Part shown: positions 1 through 12,452 of the stretch, piece after piece
Position numbering within the stretch: position 1 is the first letter of the stretch
Layout of the letters: every line of letters starts with the position of its first letter
Assembly: GCA_043228905.1 (NCBI GenBank)
Contig: JBHGNT010000002.1
Coordinates: forward strand, 14,694,001-14,758,000
From: Azolla caroliniana
Taxonomy: Eukaryota; Plantae; Polypodiophyta
DNA length: 64,000 bases
Reading direction: 5' to 3'
Position numbers and translations under genes: made by a program
The notes under the pieces: model-generated
The model's database searches: none
Told to the model about the DNA's origin: nothing
What the model saw: the letters and a program-made list of their open reading frames with translations, nothing else

Positions 1-1932
1 CGAATGGATTAAGTCGAGCTTGTTAGGGTTCCAATTTCGTTTGGTGGGGAATGGAAGCCGATGTTTCTTCCCGAGTTGGCATGCTTCACATGTTTGGGTG
101 TTCCGGCCACTAAACATCGGCAATTCGAACACAACTTGTTTCGATTGCAGATCTTGAAGCCTCTGGTAGTTGACGTGACCAATCCACTTATGCCAGAGAT
201 CGATATCCAATTCAATCTTCTGTCCTTTGGCAAACATGGTGGTGCCGACGTCATTAGTGTTGAGGATGAACATCCTCCCTTCTCTACGCCCTTGCACAAT
301 TATCTGGCCTTCTTCCTCAATGAAGAACCCGAGGTGTGTAAACCGCACCTGCATCCCCTGGTCGACGATTTGTCCAACCGACACTAGGTTCTTTGTGATA
401 GTCGGAACGTGTAGTATGTTCATCAGCTTCCCCTTTTGTCTGACACGGCTCGAAGGGACCTCTCCGACATGCACAATCGGGTGAGGGGTGTCGTTTCCAG
501 TTTGGACAATCCTCGATTGTTCCAGTTTCTCCAAAAAGGAAAACCACTCTTCATGGCTCTTCATGTAGTTGGACGCTCCGGAATCAACGTACCATACTTC
601 CTCCGATTTGGACGTAGTCTTCTTCATTCGAGTTAGCCTTGTGCTTCATCACGAAGGCTGGATGTTTTCCAGCCTTCCTGGTTTTGGATCCTACTGTTCT
701 TGCCGCGTAGTGCGAGCTTTGCCGGTTTTCCCAACTGGCTTTCCCAGATCCGGATTTGTCTGAATTGGCACGCTTCTTCCAACACTCACTTTCCTTGTGG
801 CCTTTTTTTCCATAGTACCAACATTTTGTGTCAGCTTTTCCTTGCTAGTTTTTGGCTCCGACTTGACTCCCCCTGTTTGTGGAGGGTTTGGAACTGCTGT
901 CGGCACCATCTCCGTGCCTTCGGTTCTGCTCTTGCCGGCTACTTCTATTGCATGCCGACCCACCTCGTCCTGCACGCCCACGGGGTCGATCCGCCTCCAT
1001 GTACAACATCCGACTATCCGATTGAGTGGACCTCGACCCAGTCGCGTGGTTTTCTTCGACCATCAACGTTAATTGTCAGTCGAAGAAGGACAGTGGCTTC
1101 TCCCGGGTGCAAATTGCCATCCGTATTGGCCTGTACCATTGTGCTAGACCATCGAGGCAGATTTGGACCATCTTTTCTTCGTCCACCGTCACATTGATGG
1201 ACCCGAGCACATCACAAATGTCCCTTATCTTAGTGATGTAGTCTGTAACCGACATATCTCTTTGTTGGATGTTGTTCAACTCCTGTCAGAGCTGCAACTT
1301 ACGGGCTGTGGTACTCACAGCAAAAATCTTCAGAAGATTTTCCTAGGCCTTGTTTGGCATTTTTGCATCTTGATGTGGCCGAGCATCTGATCGTGCACAC
1401 CAGATGTGAGGTAGTACAATACTTGGCTACAAAGGTTCTCAACCCTCGCGCTCTGATACCATGTAAAAGTTAGCGTGTGGAAGCTTATGCCAAACAAGCT
1501 CTGCCGGATAGTAACAGTAAAGAGAAGAAGGTTTAATGGAAGCTTAACACAGAGAATAAGCATACACAGGAGAGAGAGAGAGCGAGAGAGGAGAACATAA
1601 ACTCCCTTCAAAATAATACTCTCAATATTCTGTATACATGGAATGTGCTCAGAGAGCACTTTTATACAAGTCCATAAAGGACTGACAGAAGTACTAACAT
1701 GTACTTCAATGCTCATACGAGCGACTGTCACTGACTCCTAAAAATATGCCTACGTACTAGGCTGGATCCGTGGGCCTCTAACGGCCTACTGGTTTCAATC
1801 CGATCCTGGTGTCCAATCCGGCTCCTGGTTCCAGATATCATCTAGCCACCGATCCGGCTCTCCATTCCGGATACTGATCCGGCTCTGGCTTATTCAGCCG
1901 ATCCGGATCTGGTTGAGCTTGCTCGCTCAACA
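1..1932 (-). mobile_element. Ty1/copia LTR retrotransposon, 5' part (degenerate gag, zinc knuckle, protease, pre-integrase) with 5' LTR 1462-1932; continues left of window
   Basis: LTR TGTAAAAG...CTCAACA; PBS next to it; minus-strand gag fragments (MSVTDYITKIRDICDVL); colinear with the copy at 48499-53879; inserted into another copia RT at 1933. Confidence 0.9.
1450..1461 (-). other. Primer-binding site, tRNA-iMet type (TGGTATCAGAGC)
   Basis: gctctgatacca directly abutting the LTR start at 1462. Confidence 0.92.
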
Positions 1933-3158
1933 CTGGGCATGAGGATCGAGTGAAAGCGGACGACGAAGACTCTCCGACTCTCCCAGATTGACTATATCTG
2001 GAAGGTGCTGAAGCATTTCAACATGGAGAATGTGAAGCCAACACCAACACCACTTCTGACATCGATCCGACTATCGGACAAAGACTCTCCTTCAACGGAC
2101 AAGGAGAGAGAGCTTAATGGAAAGATGCCCTATGCATCAGACGTAGGAAGTATCATGTACGCAATAGTGGCGACCTGACCCCACCTAGCCTATGCCGTAG
2201 GGTTGGTCAGCTGGTACATGTCAAACCCACGACGGAAGCATTGGGATGCAGTCAAGCATATCTTCACGTAACTGTGAGGGACCAAAGATACACAATTGAC
2301 TTTCGGACTGGCAACCTTAGCCAAAGTCGAAAGTTACACCGATTCCGACTATGCCGGGAATACAGACAATCGGAAATCGACATCAAGTTACATCTTCACC
2401 TATGGTGACGGTGCGATATCATGGCGGTCGAAACTTCAAGACTGCATGACTCTGTCGACCACGGAAGCCGAGTACATAGCATCATCGGAGGTAGCAAAGG
2501 AAGTGATCTAGATACATCGACTATCTGCTGACTTCATAGCTATAAGCCAAACTGACTTACCTGCGCCGACCATCTATTGTGACTCATAGAGTGCAATACA
2601 CCTCATTAGCAATCCCGTTTATCAAGCAAAGACGAAGCATATTGAGGTGTGGTATCATCACATCCGAGAGCTCAGAACTGAGAAGAAGCTCGAAGTCTGG
2701 AAAATCGACACCGAAGAAAGCCGAATGAGGGACAGTAGGGAAGACCTAATCGAAACAACTATATCTACACCTACTATACCTCTGCCGACTCGGCCGCATG
2801 CCAAATGACTTGTAATGTAAATATAGGATAATCTTGTAATCTAGATTTATGGGGGAGATAACCCCAAACATTTGTATACGCAAGAAAGAGTAGTCCTTTT
2901 ACGAGGGAGTTTGTTGGCATAAAGCCCAATTCCTTCCAATTTGTATCCATCCTAGTGTGAACTCCTTCACATAATTAGGGCTTAGTATATAAGCAATAAC
3001 CTAACATTGAAAAGGGAGAGAGTGAGAGAGAACGTAATAAAGCTTTCCATTAAAGCTTCGCCTTCCCCCCCTTCTGTGTTGTTTTCCGACATACGCAAAC
3101 AAGTTCACATACGCTTCCGCATACGCACACACCTACCAAACCTTCTTCACATATAACA
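1933..3158 (+). mobile_element. Degenerate copia 3' part (RT end, RNase H) with PPT and 3' LTR 2912-3158
   Basis: Manual translation LGMRIE...KMPYASDVGSIMYA with stops; ORF 2296-2511 YTDSDYAG..STTEAEY; GAGGGAGTT then TGTTGGCAT; LTR related to those of 14636-19714. Confidence 0.85.
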
Positions 3159-5128
3159 TCTCATGAAGATTGGTTCTGAGAATTACGAAAGGCCGATCGG
3201 CCCTGTTATGTCGAAACATGCGGTGACAAGACTTATTGAATACGGTGTCGCGTTGTTACGCACGTGCGTGTAGAAGGGCGGGACCATGGGGGTCTCGGAC
3301 TAGGGAGAAAGGGGTGCCGAGAAACCGACTCTGGACGCGTTCCGGAGGCAACCGAATGCGAGAAAGAGAGAGAGAGAGAGAGACAAAGGAGAGGGAGAGC
3401 ATGTGCGCGACACCAACTCTTATGCAAAGGAAGCAAGGGGTTGTGCTTCCAACATTAGCAAATACACCAATATGCACAAACAGACGCAAATATGTATATT
3501 ACAAGGGAAATAATACAACCCCGGCTTAGAGCCGGATCAAGGTAGGTTACAGCCGCAGTCGGCTGCCAAGCCGCCGGTCGGGGAGCTCACGGGCTATCGC
3601 GTCGAGCGGGGTCTTGCACAGGAGAGCGAGCAGAAGCAAACCTACAAAGGGGAAAGATACAACCACGGCCACGAGCCGGCTACGCACAGAAGAAGAGAAG
3701 TTAACCTAACAGCTTTGCCACCTTAGCTCCCGCCCGACTTCTCGAGAAGGAGAAGAAAAAAAGAAGAAGAAAAGAAAGAATGTAGCTAACCCTAGAAAAG
3801 AAAGCACAAAATGGTATATACCCTTATGACTCAAAATGGGCAACCCTTTCACAAAGGGTGCTCCCCTCCCTTTATAGAACAAGGAGAGGGATGCGTAACA
3901 ATGTGGGATAAATCCCGACTTCCATGGGGTTCTCTGTCCCGACTTAACTCCTATTTGATCACACGTTTTTACAAGGGTAAGTGCACGTGGTGCACTCTGC
4001 TGATTCTTCCGATATTCCTCGGTTTCTCACTATGCCCCGGAATCTTCACGACATCCGCCCTCACCAAACCGCACGTCCACCGGTACGTGCCAAGTTTGGA
4101 GAAGGGCGAGAGATTCCGGTCGGTGAGGAACCGGTCCTCCGTAGCCTGCATCCCGGTTTCCTGCTTCGAACACTGTTGGTTTGAACCGTCAACTCCGATT
4201 CGTCCTTCGCGCTTGCCTCTCCGTAGGCTCGTTGGACCTGTTAATAGGTCGTCTGCCGCGATCCCGTAGCACACGTGCCCCATTGTTGGCCCTTCTTTCG
4301 ACCTCATGCACACTTCTCATTCCTTTAGATACACGGTGCCCTCCGCCCGAGGAACACCTCGTAGTAGCCAGTTTGGCCACTTTTGACTTGCGCTGCTGCC
4401 ACTAGTTTGGAGCCTTCCGCTTGCCGTCATCCCCTCACCGCCACCTTCATTCTCCTTGGTCTTACGTTGCCGCGTCAGCTCGAACTGCCAAGGTCTTCGG
4501 GACCCGGTGTGGAGGATCCCTCTCAAGCCATCTACCTTGTTTCCGGTCTCCATTTTGCGTAGTCTGTTTACGTGCGCCCGTGTTCTCGTTCCCGACACCG
4601 CCGCGTGCCGTCTTCTGCCTTCCTTGCTTGGAACCATCTGTGCTGAGCACCCTCCTGTACCCATGGTTTGCTTTGGCCCTCGGTGGCCACACACACGCCT
4701 CCCATTCGGCTTTCGGGTGTGCCCTTTCCGGCTCGGCACACCGCTCCTTTACCGTGTGTCCCTGACAGCTTACTGGAAGATCACCCTTGCCGTGTCCTGG
4801 CCCGCATGGCCTCCTTCGTTCTTGTAATGCCTCGGCTGGTCAGTGCCTCTATTGTTGTCGCCTTTGTCCCCTTTGCCGCCACCTTCCATTACCCTTGGTC
4901 TCACCTTGCATTTTCGGCCGAACAACCGGGGTCTCCAGACAGGTGTGAAGGATCCTTCTTGGGCCTCCGTCTTGTTGGGTCACCGACTCGTGTGCCAAGC
5001 TTGTCCGATCTTGTCTTGCCGACCCTGCCGATTAGGCCCCTATCCGGTTCGTGGCCGCCTCGCCGGCCTCATACCTCCTTTCCACTCTGCCTTCGTCGTC
5101 CGATCACGTTCTCTGCCGTCACCGTCCT

Positions 5129-5857
5129 TTCCTATAGGACTAACGTCGGCTCTTGGGCCGACCGCCGGATCGGTGTGAGGATCTTTGTGGAACCTCCCCT
5201 TTTTGGCGTCTCGGTTGCCCGCCTTGCCGCCGCCACCATTCTTCTCTCTAGGTCTCACGCCGGCTCTTGTTGCTGGCGTGAGAATTGGAGTCTCGAGAAC
5301 TAGTGTGTGTAAGGCCGTGTCAGCACCGCTTGCCATTTTCCCGACCTTCTCTGTTAGTCACGTTCACCTGCCGCCACCGATCTCTCCTATAGGACTCACG
5401 TCGGCACTCGGTCCGACCGCCGGATCGGTGTGAGGATCTTCGTAGACAGCCCCTCCGTAGTTCCTTGCCTTCGTCCCGTCGCCGCCATTCGTCACTCTAG
5501 GTCTCACGCAGGCTCTTGGGCCGACCGCCAGTGTCTCTAGAACCGGTGTCAAGGATCCTCCTTGGGCTCGTTGTACCACTGACCCTTATCCCGGGTCGTC
5601 TTTCACCACAAGTCGAGAGGGTGGCTCGCTCAATACCCTCTCCCGTGGTACCGACGTACCGTGTTCCCGGCCTCTTCGTAGGCCTGTTCTCTCCCTTCTT
5701 CCGGATTTGTTATCCGGAAGTCTGCTCCGCTCGGTTCTCGTCAGAGCCCGTCTGTCATTCTCTGGATTGTCGGGTCCCGTTCTCCTGTCGCCACCGATCT
5801 CTCCTATAGGACTCACGTCGGCACTCGGGCTGACAGCCAGATCAGTGTGAGGATCTC
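5129..5857. repeat. Three dispersed ~55 bp repeats (CCTATAGGACTCACGTCGGC...GGATCGGTGTGAGGATCT)
   Basis: Copies start near 5129, 5383 and 5799. Confidence 0.85.
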
Positions 5858-7159
5858 CATAGGACCGGTCTTCGTTCTCTACTTTAACCCGGACTCGTCG
5901 TCATTGTCCTTGTTGTGCTCCTGCCTCCAGCTCCATCTCTTTCGGTCTCATGTTGCCATGTCGGCCGAGCTGCCGAAGTCTTCGGACAAGATGTGGGGTA
6001 ACCGTTTTCGTAACTTCTTTCGGCGACTCGTACGGGCCACTGAGCCTTTTAGTGGTATCGGTTGATAGCATCCACTTTGTGATCAACCAAACCCTGCCTG
6101 GACTTGATTCTCCAATGTTTGGAGTTTCGGCTCTGGTGCTGACCTTGCCGGACTCGTTCTAAACCCTTGATCACCTTCTTCTCGATTCCCGACCTTCGCC
6201 CGATCGGTCTTTCTTCCCATGTAAAAGAGGGTGGTTCGTTCCGCACCCTCTCCCGTATCGGCACCTTCATGCCGATTCTAGCCTCGGTCAAACAATCCAC
6301 GACTGGATCCCGCTCCAATTGAATTGGAGTGTTGCGCGATTCGGTCCCCGGTCGGATCGTTTCTTCGTCTCTTCATCGACCTTCTCATGGGCTATCTCCC
6401 ATCCATCTTTGTTGGCATCGTGCCAGGACTCCTCGATACCATCATCCATCTCCTCGGTCTCATATGGGCATAAGGGCCCGAATGCCGAGTTCTCCAGAAT
6501 CGGTCCCGAGGGCTCTTGTTCGTTCCTTTCCTGTATCGTCTCGCCCATGATTCTCGGTCTCACGCCGCCGTCTTCATCCACTTGGGGCTCACATGGGCAC
6601 TTGGGCCGGACTTCCATTGTCTTGGGAGAAAGTGTGGGACGACGCGAAGAATCGCCCGTCCGTTTTACGCCCTTGTCCATAGCCACCGGCTCCTCATGGT
6701 CGGTGGTTGTCTTCTTACCGATCGCGCAAGCCTTGCTTGGGCTTGCTTCTCCAATGTCTGGGGTTTCGGGCTGACGTGCCCGAAACCGCCGGTCCCAACA
6801 TTCCGATTCTGCGATCAGTATCTCGGCCTTGTCCACAGCCATTCTATCTCCGCAAGTCGAGAGGGCGTTTTGTTTTGCACCCTCTCCCGTGGTATTGTCA
6901 TACCGATCTTTTGCCTTCTCGTGGGGCAAGTTCGTCTCCTCTGCCTTGGCTCGCGGCCTCGATCTTTCCTCTTCCTCGAGCATCGCCTCGAGAGTTGTGT
7001 ACGCCTCCGCAATCCTGGCCCCAAAGCCGAGCCTTGCCGACTCTCTTTTCCGTTCGGCCTCTTCCCGCTGTGATGGCACGTCGTCGCGCGCCTTCCCTTT
7101 GCCTTCTCAGCTCGTTCATCATCTAACCGTTAGCACACCCTTCCGACCTTCGACCAGTC

Positions 7160-7705
7160 CTCGGTGAGGCCATTCGCTCCGTCCTCGTCTTCAAGCACAA
7201 TCCCGATGACCTCCCGTTCTGCTCGGTCGATCGACTTAACGAACAACAGGACTTTGTCCGCCACCACCAAACCTTGTTACCACTCCGGGAGCCGAGCAAG
7301 CCATCGCTCGAACTCTCGGAACGCCTTTGTTGCGCCCCGGTGGGTCTTTGCTGATGCGTCCTCGGTGAGGCCATTCGCTCCGTCCTCGTCTTCAAGCATA
7401 ATCCCAATGACCTCCCGTTCTGCTCGGTCGATCGACTTAACGAACAACAGGACTTTGTCCGCCACCACCAAACCTTGTTACCGCTCTGGGAGCCGAGCAA
7501 GCCGTTGCTCGAACTCTCGGAACGCCTTTGTTGCGCCCCAGTGGATCTTTGTTGCGCCCCGGTGGGTCTTTGCTCGGTCGATCGACTTAACGAACAACAG
7601 GACTTTGTCCGCCACCACCAAACCTTGTTACCGCTCCGGGAGCCGAGCAAGCCGTCGCTCAAACTCTCGGAACGCCTTTGTTGCACCCCGGTGGGTCTTT
7701 GCTGA
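7160..7705. repeat. Tandem amplification of a ~200 bp gag segment (two near-full copies and one partial)
   Basis: The peptide ARSIDLTNNRTLSATTKPCY recurs three times in ORF 7164-7802. Confidence 0.92.
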
Positions 7706-8087
7706 TGCTACCCACTGGTCGAAGCCGTGTCCTCCCCGTCTCTTCCGTCGTCCCCCATACGCCTATAGGAGCGCCTCTTCGAAGGCCTCCCACGAACTAT
7801 GAGCTTCTCAAACCTCCTTCACTTCTGCGTGCATACGGACGACGACGAACCGATAGAAGAACTCTATCCTCAACACCTCGGCTACGTCTCGCTCCTCCAT
7901 TTCCGCATTGTAGGCTTCCAAGTAAACTAGGACTTTGCCCCCGTTGAAATGGCCGACTCTTTCGACTCTTTCAACTGCTTGTTGTGCCATCTCTCGTCTT
8001 GCTCTTGCTCATCCAAACTCCCTCACTGCTTCAACAAAAAGTTGCGCGAGGTCGTCTTCTTCCAGCTCCATTCTCCCTTGCCACCCT

Positions 8088-8104
8088 TCATGTCGGGTTC
8101 ACCA
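8088..8104 (-). other. Primer-binding site complementary to tRNA-Trp 3' end
   Basis: TGGTGAACCCGACATGA 4 nt inside the 5' LTR boundary; matches recalled plant tRNA-Trp end (..TCACGTCGGGTTCACCA) at 16/17. Confidence 0.75.
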
Positions 8105-8219
8105 AATATGTCACATTGTTACGCGTGTGCGTGTATAAGGGCGGGACCACGGGGGTCTCGGACTAGGGAGAAAGGGGTGCCGAAAAACTGACTCCGGACG
8201 TGTTCCAAAGGCAACCGAA

Positions 8220-8222
<3 letters not shown>

Positions 8223-8273
<51 letters not shown>
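8223..8273. repeat. (GA)n microsatellite inside LTR, expanded relative to the partner LTR (3360-3382)
   Basis: Seen directly. Confidence 0.9.
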
Positions 8274-8279
<6 letters not shown>

Positions 8280-9267
8280 GAGGGAGAGCATGCGTGTGAC
8301 ACCGACTCTTATGCACAGGAAGCAAGGGGCTGTGCTTCCGACACCACCAAATACACCGATATGCACAAACAGACGCAAATATGTATATTACAAGGGAAAT
8401 AATACAGCCCCGGCTTCGAGCCGGATAAAGGTAGGGTACAACCACAATCGGCTGCCAAGCCGCCGGTCGTGGAGCTCACGGGCTGTCGCGCCGAGCAGGG
8501 TCTTGCACAGGAGACCAAGCAGAAGCAAACCTACAAAGGGGAAAGATACAACCACGGCCACGAGCCGGCTACGCACAAAAGAAGAGAAGTTAACCTAATA
8601 GCTTTGCCGCCTTAGCTCCTGCCCGACTTCTCGAGAAGGAGAAGAAAAGAAAGAAGAAGAAAAGGAAGAATGTAGCTAACTCTAGAAAAGAAAGCACAAA
8701 ATGGTATATACCCTTACAACTCAAAATGGGCAACCCTTTGACAAAGGGCGCTCCCCTCCCTTTATAGAACAAGGAGAGGGATGTGTAACAATGTGGGATA
8801 AATCCCGACTTACATGGGATTCTCTGTCCCGACATAACTCCTATTTATTCACACGTTTTTACAAGGGTAAGTGCACATGGTGCACTCTGCTGATTCTTCC
8901 AATATTCCTCGGTTTCTCACTATGCCCCGGAATCTTCACGACATACGCCCTCACCAACATCCCATTTGGAAATGATGACAAACAAACCTACCTCAAAAAT
9001 GTCTTGCATGTCCCAACCATCATTAACAACCTGGTCTCGGTAGGCCAGATTGTCGAACAACGGATGCAAGTGCGGTTCAATGATGAAGGATACTTTATCG
9101 AAGAAGAAAGTCGCCTCATCGCTAATGGTTTCCGAGAAGGCAGAATGTTTATCCTTGAATCAAACGAGGTAAAGTCGACAATGTATGCAAAAGGTCTTAA
9201 AGTCGAAACCGACTTGAAACTGTGCCACAAGAGAATTGGCCACATTCATCCCTAGAAGCTCCAGAAC

Positions 9268-10548
9268 ATGCAATCAAAAGTAGTTATTGACAAACTTCCG
9301 AATTTTACGGATAAAGAGATTATGGGCATATGTGAAGCGTGTCAGTTCGGAAAACAACACCAGAATCCATTCCTGAAAGACAGGAATGTGAGCAAAGGGA
9401 TCCTGGATGTAGTACATTCTGATGTGTGGGGACGATCCCAAACGGCAACATTCGGTGGTTGCTGCTACTATGTCACGTTCATCGACGACTTCTCCAGGCA
9501 TATCTGGATCCACCCTATGCGGCAGAAGAGTGAAGAGTTCGGACACTTCCAAAAGTTTAAAAACGAAGTCGAAAAAGCCACGGGTCGGCACATACAATGC
9601 CTTCGATCAGTTGGAGGCAAGGAGTATTCCTCGAATGAATTTTCGGCGTATCTCCAAAAGGAAAGAGTTCGACGAGAATTATCGTGTCGACATACACCTC
9701 AACAAAACAGCGTAGTCAAGCGAAAGAATCAGCACATAGTAGAGGTTGCACGGGCAATGATAAATGAGAAGAACCTACCGAAATCGTACTGGGCAAAAGC
9801 GGCGAACACGATTGTATATCTCATTAAAAGGTGTACAACCTCGGGGGTACACGACGTAACCCCACATGAGAAGTTCTTTGGAAGGAAGCCAAACCTCTCA
9901 CATGTTAGAAATTTTGGCTCCCTTGTATACATGCACATTCCTGACGAGAAGCGACAAAAGCTCGACCCGAAGTCGGAGAAATGTATCCTCGTAGGATACT
10001 CACTGGAGCAAAAGGGGTACAAGTGCTATAACCCCTCTATTGGAAAGGTTCGTGTGAGTCGAGATGTCGTTTTCGATGAATCAGCATCCTGGTATGCACG
10101 AGAGATAACTTCAACCTTGACTCAATTCGACTGGGAACCAGCCGAACAGGAGATACAAGAAGAACAACTCGGGGACATGTATGAAGACAACCTGCTTACA
10201 ACAAGGCTGAGTGGCCCACAAGAGCCTTCGATTGATCACAACACATCTTGGCCGACTCCAAAGGTAGACAAGGGGAATGGCAAAATGCCAGAATATGAAG
10301 ACCTAATGGATAATGAGTCAACTCACTCCTTCGACAGTGAGTTCGAAATCCTCGACATCCGGACAAATGGAGCGAAGAAAGCATTAGTTTTTGCGAATGA
10401 GAAGCTATGTCGGTCCACCTGTGAAAAGAACCCCGTAAGCCAATTCGGCTACGATGAGTACATGGTGTATCATTACGCCTTTATGATGAAGGTAGCAATT
10501 GTCCGAGAGCTAGAAACATTTTCCGAAGCCGCGAAGGACCCTAGATAG
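9268..10548 (+). pseudogene. Copia integrase domain (pol fragment)
   Basis: CEACQFGKQH, VHSDVWG, FIDDFSR, TPQQN, KLDPKSEKCILVGY motifs; bounded by premature stops. Confidence 0.92.
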
Positions 10549-10725
10549 GTCGACGTGAGGAATGAAGAAATGCAAGCCTTGTGGAAAAATGAGACATGGG
10601 ATCTTGTTCCCCACTCACCTCAGAAGAAAGCGATTGGTTGTAGATTGATCTCTAAGGTCAAATACAATGTCGATGGCTCAGTAAATCACCTCAAACCACA
10701 ACTCATCGCAAAAGGATACGCACAA

Positions 10726-11331
10726 ACACAGAAAAACGGGTAATGAACGCACGACACAGTGAAGAGAAAGAGTACACAGGATGTTAATGTGGAAAACCCA
10801 AACTAGGGAAAAACCACGGAAACCCACAGACTGCAAACTATCACTATGTCACAATGTACAATAGTAAAGCACCAAGGCAACGACCTCGAGCTTGCTATCT
10901 TCACCACAGGCGGCGGTTACAACAGAGGCAACAACCTCTTTCTCTCTCTCTCTCTCTATGTACAGAGTTACGCACTATGATCTTGCACCAACAAGAATGA
11001 CAACAACACACTAAGTTTGCCCTAAGTCATATTTATACTAATATGACTTTTCGGCTATTTACAAATATAGCCCCGATGGACTCTCAGAAACATATTTACG
11101 AATATGTCCCTTCATCTGGTGAGCACTCCTCACCGGGCCTGCATCATCCGGCGCTTGCCAGGCACATGTCATCCGGTTCTCACCGGGTCTTCACCATCCG
11201 GCTCTTGCCGGGTACTCGTCATCCGGTTCTCACCGGGTCTTCCGTAGCCGGGTACTCCACATCCGGTTTCGGAGTTTGCTCATCATCATTGTTCTTTTCA
11301 CTTCCCATCCGGAGGGACTTGTTTCCTAACA
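10726..11331. mobile_element. Left-truncated solo LTR of the same family as 59459-60083
   Basis: Shares GTGGAAAACCCAAACTAGGGAAAAACCACGG and the terminus CCATCCGGAGGGAC..AACA; the first ~55 bp are missing. Confidence 0.82.
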
Positions 11332-12452
11332 TGAATTAGCGGATAATTAATACAGTGTTGTTGTTCTGGATCTTCATCAATGTTAATTACTGTTCTATGC
11401 CAAGTGTAATTTATCTTACGCGTTGTCCCATTATTATGCGCGTACGTGTAGAAGGGGCGGGACCACGGGTGTCTCGGGCGAGGGAGAACGGGGTGTCGAG
11501 AAGCTGACTTCTCTCCAGTCCCGGCTGCATTGGTTGTGGCGTACCTCGGAGTGATTCCAGATGCGTACCGGCGGCTACCGAACATGAGAAAGGAAGAGAG
11601 AGAGAGACCACGCGCGCAATACCGACTCAACACACACCTCTTATGTACAGGAAACAAAGGAAAAGAAACACACCTAACACCAACATAGACACAAATACGC
11701 ACAACCTTTTTTATATATATAAATACACGTGCAAGATACAATACCGGCTTTGAGCCGGACCAAGGTAGGTTAGGTTACAACAGCCGTCTGCTGCCAAGCC
11801 GCCGATCGGAGAGCTCTCGGGTTCGTCGCACCGAGCGGGGTGTTGCACAGGAGACCGAGCAGAAGCAAACCCCACTTAACATACAAGCTCTTCACCAAGC
11901 TAAACCCTACACAGACACGAAGGAGAAGAAGAAGTCGAAGAACCCTAACCGAAAATAAGAAAGTAAGAAGAAGAAGAAAGCTACCAAGATGAAACCCTAA
12001 AACGAAATAGGGAGAAAGACCAAAGTACAAACCCTAAGGGAATAAGAGAAAGATGAAGACCAAGAAGTACCAAACCCTAAATCTAACGGTATTCCCTCCT
12101 AACTCAAAATGGGCAACCCCTTACAAGAGACCCCTCCCTTCCTTTTACAGCCCAAGGAGGGAGAGACGTTACAATGTGGGATAAATTGTCCCCTTTATTC
12201 TATACATTGTTTCCTACTATACGTGTGCACATGTTACACACCACCGACTTGCCCCATTCCACCCCGGTTTCATACTATAGCCGGAAATCTTCATGACAAC
12301 GTGTATTGTGACTAATGATCTTGTTGATTAGTAACCGATTAGGGTTTCATTAATAGTTCGGTCTAAGTTTATCTCACCGCAACACCCCCTTTGGTGAAGT
12401 GTCTCAAGGGGACACCCTGTGTTAGGGCATTGTCCGGCCCCTAGCGATAACC
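11332..12452 (+). mobile_element. LTR fragment related to the gypsy element at 25738-40119, in the opposite orientation, split by a solo LTR
   Basis: GGACACCCTGTGTTAGG..TGTCCGGCCC.TAGCGATAAC is the reverse complement of that element's LTR terminus; ATCTTACGCGT|GT is restored across the insert. Confidence 0.78.
11424..12298. mobile_element. Solo LTR related to the LTRs of the 3246-8943 element
   Basis: TGTC...GACA termini; shared GGGCGGGACCACGGG and CAAAATGGGCAACCC blocks; flanks GCGT/ACGT. Confidence 0.85.

Larger units (their letters stand above)
3246..8943 (-). mobile_element. Non-autonomous gag-only Ty3/gypsy-type LTR element (TR-GAG/LARD-like); LTRs 3246-4053 and 8109-8943
   Basis: Two ~810-835 bp direct repeats TGTC...GACA; PBS at 8088-8104; purine-rich tract 4054-4066 on minus strand; gag-like N-terminus (FNGGKVLVYLEAYNAEM); no RT, RNase H or integrase motifs; flanks TACGG/TACGC. 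Confidence 0.88.

Noticed and set aside
4054-7100. Many overlapping ORFs on both strands as real genes
   Set aside because: GC-rich retroelement internal sequence with few stops; no recognisable domains.
8701-9255. 184-aa ORF as a novel fusion gene
   Set aside because: Chance read-through from LTR sequence into the interrupted copia protease.
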